Source: Myxococcota bacterium (GTDB taxonomy: Bacteria; Myxococcota; JACRCW01). From it: a DNA stretch of 33,315 bases. A program made the translations under genes and the position numbers. The DNA lies in contig JBFMGU010000115.1 in NCBI GenBank assembly GCA_040752415.1, positions 1 through 33,315 of the forward strand, in the 5' to 3' direction. Below the pieces are notes generated by a model that did no database searches, was not told where the DNA came from, and was given only the letters and a program-made list of their open reading frames with translations. Shown piece by piece: positions 18,468 to 26,620 of the stretch (position 1 is the first letter of the stretch; each line of letters begins with the position of its first letter).

Positions 18468-19607
18468 TCACCCGTCCTGACGACGTGAACGCCCGTCTTC
18501 CGTCTCCGTGACGTCCGCTTCGTCCTCGCCCACGAAGCGCAGCACGCGCGTGAGTCCCAGCAGCCCATAGGTGCCCACCGCGGGCGCGCCGCACAGGCCC
18601 AGCAGGCAGGCGGAGAAGCCATTTCCCATCAGCGCCAGCTGCACCACGAAGTAGGCAATGCTCCCCGTGGGATACGAGGAATCCACCGCCATCAGCACGA
18701 ATCCCAGCGGCGCCGCCACGCAACCCCACGCGCCCAGCAGCACGCTCGCCGTCGCCACCACCGCCAGCGCGACGTGATCCAGCGGCCGGAAACGCACCCG
18801 GTGCAACACGCCCAGCACCACCGCGCCCGCGGTCCACGCCAGCGCCGGCAACGGAATGGCGAGGTAGGTGAGGATCACCACGGCAAACGTGAACAACGTC
18901 AGCCAGCTGCCCACCTCGCGCGGGACGCCCAGGTCGGGCAGGAGCAGCGCGAAGAGGAACACCGGCAGCGTGCTCATCAGGACGGTCTGGAGGCCCGCCT
19001 GCAACGCCGTGCCCGCCAGCGCGGGGAGCACCCACCACCAGGCCGTACGGGGCGCGCTGGCGGGTTCCACCTTCGTCGTCGGGGATGGCGGTGCGCGGCC
19101 GTCCCTACCCACGCGGTCGGGCAGCGCGGGGGGCGTCGTGCCAAAGGCCTCACGCAGCAGCTCCTCCACCGCGCCGTCGGCGGCCAGCACCACGTCGCCG
19201 GGGTCGTCGCTGTCCACGCTGCGGCTGATGGCGGAAACCACCTCCCCGTTCTTCACGCGCAACAACCGCAGCGCCAGCACCCACAGCTTCCCCGCGCGGC
19301 CCAGGCTGCCGCTCACCGCGAAGTCGGTTCCCAGCGACGCGCCCAGCTCCGCAATGCAGGAGGCGTCCTGGCATCCCATCAGCGTCTTCTGCTCCTCCAC
19401 CTTGAGCACCTGCGCCACGTCGGAGATGCCCACCACGCGACCGAAGACGCCGCGCTTCTTCACGTTCGCCAGCACCGCGTCGGTGACCAGCGCCGCCAGG
19501 TCCTCGCTGACGCCCTGGCGATGCGCCACCGGCAACACCAGCACCGACGGCGCGGGCCCGGCCCCCGCGAGCAACGCGGTCAGCACCAGCGTGGTCAGCG
19601 CAATCAT
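18468..19607 (-). CDS. Membrane protein with N-terminal CsgG/TolB-N-like domain and multi-TM C-terminus
   Basis: True start ATG 19607 (MIALTTLVLTALLAG) overlaps the upstream stop (ATGA). Motif GCQDASCIAELGASLG..F.VSGSLGRAG; Pro-rich linker; ~5 hydrophobic segments. Confidence 0.8.
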   Translation of the reverse strand: MIALTTLVLTALLAGAGPAPSVLVLPVAHRQGVSEDLAALVTDAVLANVKKRGVFGRVVGISDVAQVLKVEEQKTLMGCQDASCIAELGASLGTDFAVSGSLGRAGKLWVLALRLLRVKNGEVVSAISRSVDSDDPGDVVLAADGAVEELLREAFGTTPPALPDRVGRDGRAPPSPTTKVEPASAPRTAWWWVLPALAGTALQAGLQTVLMSTLPVFLFALLLPDLGVPREVGSWLTLFTFAVVILTYLAIPLPALAWTAGAVVLGVLHRVRFRPLDHVALAVVATASVLLGAWGCVAAPLGFVLMAVDSSYPTGSIAYFVVQLALMGNGFSACLLGLCGAPAVGTYGLLGLTRVLRFVGEDEADVTETEDGRSRRQDG

Positions 19608-20686
19608 TCCGCCCCCCACGCCACGTTGCCCGCCACCAACGAGACCACACCCGCCGCCGCCACGGTGATTCCCGTCAGCAGCATGGTGATCCCCAGCGCG
19701 TTGAGCGCCACCCAGGCCCAGGCCAGGTAGCTGTCGGTGGTGGTGGGTTGCTGCTTGCTGGCGAACACGATGTAGACGCGGAACGGAAAGAACGACGACA
19801 CGAGCACCGGCAAGAGCGAGCCCACCGCCGTCACCGCGCCCAGCACCACCATGCCCCCCACGACGATCCGGTCGACAAGCGTGTAGCCCCCGCGCCCGCG
19901 CAGCAGCGTGACGACGGGAACGACGGTGGTGGAGGCGCACAGGCCCAGGCCCGCGGCGGTGCCGAGCAGGCATGCGCCGCCCACCGCGACGTCGAAGAGC
20001 TGGAAGCGGGGATCCTCGGGATCCAGCGGGAGGAACAAGCCGGACACCCCGCCCACCAGCACCAGTGTGGCCAGCCCGCACGCGGGGACCAGTGCGCCGG
20101 CGGTCAGCGCGGAGATGCTCCACAGCGCGCGCGCCCAGGCGGGTGGCGGAGCACGCGGCGTTGCGGTGAGGGGCTCCGGCGTCGTCGGTGATGGCGCGGC
20201 CGGTGGCAGCGGGGTGACGGCGGGGGTGGCGGTGAGCTCCTGCGTGAGGGCGGGCACGGCGAGCACCAGCGCGCTCTCGTCGGTGGCGGGCACGGTGCGT
20301 TGCACGGCGGAGAGCGTGGTGCCGGTGCGTGCGCTGATGAGCCGCACGTTCATGACGAAGATGCTGCCCGCGCGCCCCACGCTCCCCGCGGCCAGCTGGT
20401 CCACGCCCAGGGCGCCCGCAATCTCGACGAGACACGAGGTGTCATCACAATTGGCCGCCTGGCTCTGCTGCTCCGCGTTGAGCAAGCCCGCAACCTCCGT
20501 GGTGGCCACCACGCGGGAGAAGCGTCCGCTGCGACGCAGCGCCACGGTGAGCTCGTCGGTGACAATGGCCGCCACGTCGGGGCTGATGCCGTTGCGCGCC
20601 TGGAGCGTCAGCACCGCCAGCGAGGGCAATGCCACCGAGTCCGCGGATGCGACCAGCAGCACGACGGGAAGCAGCGCCCACGACAC
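19604..20686 (-). CDS. Paralogous membrane protein with N-terminal CsgG/TolB-N-like domain and multi-TM C-terminus
   Basis: NCDDTSCLVEIAGALGVDQLAAGSVGRAG; Pro/Thr linker; TM helices. Start uncertain (GTG 20686 or TTG 20722). Confidence 0.78.
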   Translation of the reverse strand: MSWALLPVVLLVASADSVALPSLAVLTLQARNGISPDVAAIVTDELTVALRRSGRFSRVVATTEVAGLLNAEQQSQAANCDDTSCLVEIAGALGVDQLAAGSVGRAGSIFVMNVRLISARTGTTLSAVQRTVPATDESALVLAVPALTQELTATPAVTPLPPAAPSPTTPEPLTATPRAPPPAWARALWSISALTAGALVPACGLATLVLVGGVSGLFLPLDPEDPRFQLFDVAVGGACLLGTAAGLGLCASTTVVPVVTLLRGRGGYTLVDRIVVGGMVVLGAVTAVGSLLPVLVSSFFPFRVYIVFASKQQPTTTDSYLAWAWVALNALGITMLLTGITVAAAGVVSLVAGNVAWGAE

Positions 20687-20751
20687 GGACCAAGTGCAAC
20701 CCTCGACCCGCCCGGTTGTCAATGCACAGCGTCGCTCCTAGCGTGGCCTCC

Positions 20752-21183
20752 ATGTCCGACGACACCACGTGCCCGGAATGTGGCGCGCCCGCCGTGGCGG
20801 GGATGGGCTGCGTGGAGATGTTTGGCGGCGTGCTGGCCTGGGAGGCCCACGACCCGGAGCTGCTGGCGCTGCATTTCTACACCGTGGCCGCCTACAACCT
20901 GCAGCACCCCGCGCAATTCACCGACGAGACCACCACGTTCCTGCGCGCCGTCTTCGTGGAGGCGTGGGAGAAGCAGTGGAGCAGCCCGGAGGTGCGGCGC
21001 GTGGTGGACGGGCGACGACGCGCGCGCAAACCCGGCCCGGTGCTGCGCAAGCCCGCGGACCGGCACCCGGTGCTCAAGACCTGGCGCAAGACCCTGGCCG
21101 ACGTCTACGTCCCCGACCAGCCCCAAGGCGCCGCGGAGCGCGTGCGCGCCTGGGCCGCCGCGGTGCACGAGGGACTGCGCTGA
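20752..21183 (+). CDS. DUF5946-like protein
   Basis: CPECGA...C...F...LA.E......H...V.AY.LQHP...W..T..DV.........VRAWA pattern recalled for DUF5946. Start ATG 20752. Confidence 0.75.
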   Translation: MSDDTTCPECGAPAVAGMGCVEMFGGVLAWEAHDPELLALHFYTVAAYNLQHPAQFTDETTTFLRAVFVEAWEKQWSSPEVRRVVDGRRRARKPGPVLRKPADRHPVLKTWRKTLADVYVPDQPQGAAERVRAWAAAVHEGLR

Positions 21184-21430
21184 CTGCGCCGCGCTTCGTT
21201 GCTGGATATCCATATTTAGGCATGGTCCTATGCTCCCCCCACGAACTGTCGTGGGCGCGGAAGCAGGCGAGGGCGCAGGCCGCACCGCCCGGCCAGCGTG
21301 GCGCTTCCGGCGACGCGCGGGTGCGCCCGCCCACGTTTGAGTTGCCGCCCAGGGCTGGGGAAGAACCTCATTGATTCCCTGGAGAGGGCCGTCTAACAGA
21401 CACCGCCCACCCACCGTCGTCGCGAAAGCC

Positions 21431-22684
21431 ATGCCTGCCACCTTCTCCCGCTACCAGATCTTCGTCATTGCGCTCCTTGCGTTCCTGCAGTTCACCATCG
21501 TGCTGGACTTCATGATCCTGTCCCCGCTGGGCGCGCTGCTGCTGGACCAGCTCCACATCACCACGCAGCAGTTTGGCCTGGTGGTCTCCGCCTATGCGTT
21601 CAGCGCGGGTGCTTCCGGCCTGCTGGCCGCCGGATTCGCCGACCGCTTCGACCGCAAGCGCATGCTGCTGTTCTTCTACACCGGGTTCGTGCTCGGCACG
21701 TTCCTGTGCGCCATCGCCAACACGTACGAGTTCCTGCTCATGGCCCGCGTGGTGACGGGGCTGTTTGGCGGCGTGATCGGCTCCATCAGCTTTGCCATCA
21801 TTGCCGACCTCTTCCCCATGGAGGTGCGTGGCCGCGTCATGGGCTTCGTCCAGACCGCCTTCTCGGCCAGCCAGGTCTTTGGGCTCCCCGCGGGTCTCTA
21901 CCTGTCCAACCTGTGGGGCTGGCATGCGCCGTTCATGATGATCGTGGTGGCCAGCGCGGCGGTGGGGATTCTCATCTTCGCGCGTCTGCAGCCCATTGAC
22001 GGGCACCTCAAGGTCGCCACCGCCACCACCACCAACCCGTTCAAGCACCTCTTCGCCACCGTGTCGCAGCGACGTTACCTGGTGGCCTTTGGCGCCACGA
22101 TGCTGCTGGCCACCGGCGGGTTCATGCTCATGCCGTTTGGCAGCGCGTTCACCGTGCACAACATGGGTATTCCGCTGGAGCAGCTGCCGATGATCTACGT
22201 GGTGACGGGTGCGTGCTCCATCGTGGCGGGGCCGCTGGTGGGACGGCTCGCCGACGCGCTGGGGAAGTACCTGGTGTTCTGCCTGGGCTCCGCGCTCGCC
22301 ATTGGCGTGGTGGTCTACTACTGCCAACTGGGCGTGACGCCGCTGTGGCTGGTCATCCTCACCAACGTCTTCATGTTCGTGGCGGTGTCCGCGCGCATGA
22401 TCTCCGCCTCCGCGCTCACCTCGGCGGTGCCGGACCTCAAGGACCGCGGCGCTTTCATGGCGGTGAACTCCTCGCTGCAGCAGCTCTCCGGTGGCGTGGC
22501 GTCGTCGGTGGCGGGCCTGATCGTGGTGCAGACGGCGGCCGGTCCGCTGCAGCGCTATGACGTGCTGGGCTACGTGGTCTCGGTGGCCATGCTGATCACC
22601 ATGGGGCTCATGTACTTCATCCACCGCGCCGTGATGCACAAGGGCGGCCAGTCGGGGTTCACTCCCGCGGCCAAGGCGGCGTGA
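21431..22684 (+). CDS. Major facilitator superfamily transporter
   Basis: ~12 TM helices; motif A FADRFDRKR; LMARVVTGLFGG; GRLADALGK. Start ATG 21431. Confidence 0.93.
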   Translation: MPATFSRYQIFVIALLAFLQFTIVLDFMILSPLGALLLDQLHITTQQFGLVVSAYAFSAGASGLLAAGFADRFDRKRMLLFFYTGFVLGTFLCAIANTYEFLLMARVVTGLFGGVIGSISFAIIADLFPMEVRGRVMGFVQTAFSASQVFGLPAGLYLSNLWGWHAPFMMIVVASAAVGILIFARLQPIDGHLKVATATTTNPFKHLFATVSQRRYLVAFGATMLLATGGFMLMPFGSAFTVHNMGIPLEQLPMIYVVTGACSIVAGPLVGRLADALGKYLVFCLGSALAIGVVVYYCQLGVTPLWLVILTNVFMFVAVSARMISASALTSAVPDLKDRGAFMAVNSSLQQLSGGVASSVAGLIVVQTAAGPLQRYDVLGYVVSVAMLITMGLMYFIHRAVMHKGGQSGFTPAAKAA

Positions 22685-22769
22685 TTTCCGACGGGTACGT
22701 GGTGATGCACCCCGGGGACTGAACACGGCGTCCTGCGCAAACCCCCGCGCCTCCGCGAACCCGACGGCG

Positions 22770-23804
22770 TCAGATGCCCTTGATGCAGTATGCCTCGCAC
22801 CGGACCTTGTAGTTGGCGGTCAGGTGCCAGAATCCATCAGGAGTGACGTGGATCTGGCACTGTGTGCCGTCGTCAGTACTCCGCCCGTCCACCTGCATGC
22901 GGGTCAGAAAGCAGAACCCCACGTCATTGGACAGCATGGTGACGTCCTGGCTGGGCTGCGCATTGCCCCAGTTGTCCACCGCGTAGAAGTGCCGCTCAAT
23001 GCCGGCCAGGCGCCGAACGTCGACGTTGGGGAAGGAGATGACGCCGTTCACGTAGACGCCGTTGTTCCCCACGGTCATGCGCTCGGTGTCGTAGGCGCTC
23101 TGGCCCGGACTGCCCACGTGGAAGGAGTGACGAAACTGGTGTCCAGGCGGAAACGGAGTCCCGTCCCGGGTCCCGATGCCATAGCGAATCCAGGCATTGT
23201 TCGCCGCCACCGCATCCAGGGGCTGGAGCTGCTGCGTGCCAATGACTTCATGCTGGTCGGAGGTGGTGAATCCACCCTTGAGCTCGTATTTGCTGGTGGA
23301 GACGGCCTGGGTGCCTTCAACGTCCGTCGCGACGACACGCTCCGCGTCCACGTTGTCCGCGGTGACGTGCGCGGCGTGAAAGGTCACCCCCGGCGCTGCC
23401 GAGAAGGCGTAGGCCGAGGGCAGGATGCGCTGCCGCCCTTCCATGGCCTGCCCGTTGATGCTGATGCCCACGAACATCTCGCCCGTCGTGTGTCTCTGGG
23501 TGATGGCCGGTCCCGGATTCTCACCGAGAAGCACGGAGAAGTATCCCTCCCTCACCAGCACGTCGGCGGTCGACGAGGTCCACAGCTCACTGGCTGACTG
23601 CGCACCGTCATACAGGTGGAACTGGAGCTGGTAGGTGCCGTTGGCCGGCCGCCCGCCCGCTTCCAGGCGCCCCTGGTAAGGAATCAACGTCGGCAACGGC
23701 GAATTCTGCAGACCGCCGCCTCCCGTTGCCCACGCCGCGGTTCCGGCCACCAGCCCGCCGGCAATCGCGCCCAACAGCGAGCTCATCATCATGTTGTTCT
23801 TCAC
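22770..23804 (-). CDS. Secreted fibre/adhesin-like protein (PxxIPYQGRL N-domain, beta-rich shaft, Cys-containing tip)
   Basis: GGGAGG RBS + GTG; signal peptide ending AWA; PTLIPYQGRL..G.P.NGTY.L.F.LYD.....LW........V..G.FSV.LG...RQRI.PSAYA; C-terminal FCFLT...C.I....W.L.A....C.AYC. Confidence 0.85.
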   Translation of the reverse strand: MKNNMMMSSLLGAIAGGLVAGTAAWATGGGGLQNSPLPTLIPYQGRLEAGGRPANGTYQLQFHLYDGAQSASELWTSSTADVLVREGYFSVLLGENPGPAITQRHTTGEMFVGISINGQAMEGRQRILPSAYAFSAAPGVTFHAAHVTADNVDAERVVATDVEGTQAVSTSKYELKGGFTTSDQHEVIGTQQLQPLDAVAANNAWIRYGIGTRDGTPFPPGHQFRHSFHVGSPGQSAYDTERMTVGNNGVYVNGVISFPNVDVRRLAGIERHFYAVDNWGNAQPSQDVTMLSNDVGFCFLTRMQVDGRSTDDGTQCQIHVTPDGFWHLTANYKVRCEAYCIKGI

Positions 23805-23823
23805 TGTGTGCCTCCCGCGACCC

Positions 23824-26607
23824 TTAGCGAATCGTGTAGCAAAGGTTGTTTTTCTGTTCGTTTGTCAAAACGCATTGCGAGACCGTTTGACAGGTCTCCC
23901 CAGCGCCGCATTCCGCGTTGGTGGAGCAGGCCTTTCCCGAGTCCCGCGAAGTGCACCTGCGTCCGATGCACACGCCCAGGCAGTCTGCGCTGGAACTGCA
24001 CAGCGTTCCTTCGTCGGGAATCTGACAGCGCCCCACGACTTCACAGGTTCCCGAACAGTCCGCGTTGCTGCCACAGGGAGTGCCGTCGTCGTATTTTTCA
24101 ATGCAACCCGCGTGGCGCAGGTGGAGCGTGGTGTTGGTTCGCGGGTTGGGCTGCAGCCAGCCGGTCATCACCAGGAGCGTCTGGTCGACCAGCGCCGCAA
24201 AGGGCTGTGGGCTGCCGAACATGGTCTGGGTATTGTCCCGGCAGACCCAATAGGAGTCGTCACGCGTGGGATCCCAACCCGGGGCAATGGAGCTGCCGCC
24301 CGCACAATAGTAGTTGCCGCAGGACTGCTTGCCGAAACGGCGCTCCTGCGCCAGGCAATGCGCGCTGTTGACCGGCGCAAATGAGCTGAATCCCGGACAG
24401 CGCACGCCCGGCCCGATGATGTGCTCCAGCGTCACCGCGCACTCATTGGCGCAACCGTTGAGATACCCGTCCGCCGAGGTCAAACCGTTGCGATACCCCA
24501 CGGCGCCCCACATCGCGCCGGTGACGGGGGTCTGCTGCGCGGTGCAGGTGAATCCCGGCGTGGTCCCGTTGTGCGCGGCGGCGGACAGCAGGCAGCGGTT
24601 GGGCGCGTAGGGACGCGTCTGGGCCAGGCTCGCGCTGCTGAACACCTCGGTCACGGCCTTGGTGTTCACGTGGAGCGCGGACGCCAGGGTCGGCAGCGTC
24701 TCGTGGACGTCCAGGCACTTGAATTGCGACGCGTGGTTCATGCCGCGCCAATGCGGCTGTGACCGGTCGAAGACCTGGTTGAAGGCCGGGCTGAACTGCG
24801 CAAAGTCCGTCCCCACCTTCTCGGGCACGCCGCGGTCGTCGAAGAGGGAATCACGGAAGCGCGGGCATTCCTGCCAGTAGTTCGGGCCGCAGTGGTGCGT
24901 GCTTGCGCAGTCCGTGTCGCGGCAGTCCGCCACGCCGTCGGCGTCGTCATCCGCGCCGTTGAGGCAATCCTCGACGCCGCTCCCTTCCACCGAGTCGGTG
25001 CAGTCCAGGGTCTGCAAGCACGCGTCATCCGCGCAATCCGCGGCACCGTCTCCGTCGTCATCCTCCCCGTTGGTGCAATTCTCGAACGCTCCCGGCAGGT
25101 GATAGCTGATTGGAAGTCCCGCGCCGCGCGGACGCTCGGAAATGATGAGCTTGCCGTCGGCGACGGTGTAGGTACCCAGCTCCGCAAAGAACGCGAGCTT
25201 GCGGAAGAAGTCCTCCGCATTCTGGGCGCGCGGCAGGTACTGCTGCTCAAAGAGGTCCGCGGTTCCGTCATCATTGAAGTCGCTGGTGCGGTCCACGCAG
25301 AACTTGGTGAGCGGATTGAGGTCCGCGGCGCGCAGCACCACCGCCGCGGTCACCCCGGGATACACGCCAACCTGCCCGCTGGCCTGCGCCTGTGTCAGCA
25401 GGTCCTGGCGATCATTGCGCATGCTTTCCACGAGGATGACCTCGGTCATGGTGGGCGCGCCCAGCCGGCTGTCGTTGGTGGGCAAGGAGAGCGTCTGGCC
25501 GTGGTCATTCACGAGCTCCACGGTGTGAACGGTCCGGAACTGACAACCATCCGCTGCCGCCTGTCGCAGCGTCGGGTCACCCGAATTGAACATGACCACG
25601 GCACTGGCGCTGGCCCAGCCGTCGTTGTCGGCATCACAACGCAGGGGGCGGTGGAAGCCCGCGGCCGATTCCCAGTAGTACCCCGGCTGCACCCTGCAGA
25701 CGCACGAACCATTGCCCGCGGCCGCCGGGTAGTGGCCCGCCGCGCATCCCTCGAGCAGGCCGCCGCCCGGCGCGTTGAACGAGCACGGCACGCACGTTCC
25801 GGTGCTGGCCACCCAGGCACTGTTGTCGGCGCACGGGGTTGGAGTGCAGGTGGCGTCCTCGGCGGGATTTGGCTGCACGCAGACGCCCGGCGGCTGGCAG
25901 TTCAGGTTCGCGCAGGTCTGGATGCGCACGCAGGCTCCACCCTCGCCTTCGCGGTAGCCTTCCCGGCAGGACCCGCACGCGTCCTCGGTGGGGTTCGCGT
26001 GGCAGGTGCGATTCTGGCCGGCGCAATCCCGCGCGAGACAGTGGCTGACGCAGGAGTCGCCAGAGGCACGGAAACCATCCGCGCATCCACCACAGAGGGC
26101 GCCCTGGTCATCCTCCACGCACACGCGGTGACGCAGTTGACATTGTTCGCGGAGGTACTCGTTGGCGCAGCTGAGGTCCCCATCCCGCACGCACGTCCCG
26201 TCGACGTCCTTGTAGCCAGGGATGCACTCGCCGCAGAAGGTCTCGCCGCCCTCCGTCGTGCACGCGCGATGGTTCTCCGTGCACGGGGCCAGCTCGCACG
26301 ACGGGTACACGAGCACACACGTGGAATGCAGCGCGTGATAGCCGGGCCGGCACGCGCCGCATTGCGGCTCACCGTTCCGGATGACGCAGGCGCGGTGCTC
26401 GCCGCAGGTGTCCGCGCAGCGTTCGGCGTCGGTGGGAGGCGGTCCCGCGTCGCGCGCCCCGGGTCCGGCGTCGACGCGCGCGCCTGCGTCGTGGGTCTGG
26501 GGCCCGGTGGGGGTCGGTTCCGGGCTGCCGGAGCCCTGCGGGCACCCCGCGCCCAGGAGGGACGCGCAGGAGGCCACCAGGAGCGCTCGGAAGAATGTTG
26601 CTCGCAT
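23824..26607 (-). CDS. Cys-rich lipoprotein with EGF-like repeats and Asp-rich NGxDDDxDGxxDC metal-binding-like repeats
   Basis: AGGAG RBS; lipobox-like GAGC (Cys22; alternative VASC Cys14); ~5 C-x-x-C-x-x-G-Y/F repeats; two Asp-rich repeats at 25018-25083 and 24907-24972; C-terminal Cys repeats. Confidence 0.85.
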   Translation of the reverse strand: MRATFFRALLVASCASLLGAGCPQGSGSPEPTPTGPQTHDAGARVDAGPGARDAGPPPTDAERCADTCGEHRACVIRNGEPQCGACRPGYHALHSTCVLVYPSCELAPCTENHRACTTEGGETFCGECIPGYKDVDGTCVRDGDLSCANEYLREQCQLRHRVCVEDDQGALCGGCADGFRASGDSCVSHCLARDCAGQNRTCHANPTEDACGSCREGYREGEGGACVRIQTCANLNCQPPGVCVQPNPAEDATCTPTPCADNSAWVASTGTCVPCSFNAPGGGLLEGCAAGHYPAAAGNGSCVCRVQPGYYWESAAGFHRPLRCDADNDGWASASAVVMFNSGDPTLRQAAADGCQFRTVHTVELVNDHGQTLSLPTNDSRLGAPTMTEVILVESMRNDRQDLLTQAQASGQVGVYPGVTAAVVLRAADLNPLTKFCVDRTSDFNDDGTADLFEQQYLPRAQNAEDFFRKLAFFAELGTYTVADGKLIISERPRGAGLPISYHLPGAFENCTNGEDDDGDGAADCADDACLQTLDCTDSVEGSGVEDCLNGADDDADGVADCRDTDCASTHHCGPNYWQECPRFRDSLFDDRGVPEKVGTDFAQFSPAFNQVFDRSQPHWRGMNHASQFKCLDVHETLPTLASALHVNTKAVTEVFSSASLAQTRPYAPNRCLLSAAAHNGTTPGFTCTAQQTPVTGAMWGAVGYRNGLTSADGYLNGCANECAVTLEHIIGPGVRCPGFSSFAPVNSAHCLAQERRFGKQSCGNYYCAGGSSIAPGWDPTRDDSYWVCRDNTQTMFGSPQPFAALVDQTLLVMTGWLQPNPRTNTTLHLRHAGCIEKYDDGTPCGSNADCSGTCEVVGRCQIPDEGTLCSSSADCLGVCIGRRCTSRDSGKACSTNAECGAGETCQTVSQCVLTNEQKNNLCYTIR

Positions 26608-26620
26608 CGTGGCTCCTGCC

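Noticed and set aside
19608..20435. 5' extension of the 655-aa ORF 18468-20435
   Set aside because: The extension overlaps the upstream paralogue in another frame; a signal peptide and ATGA coupling place the start at 19607.
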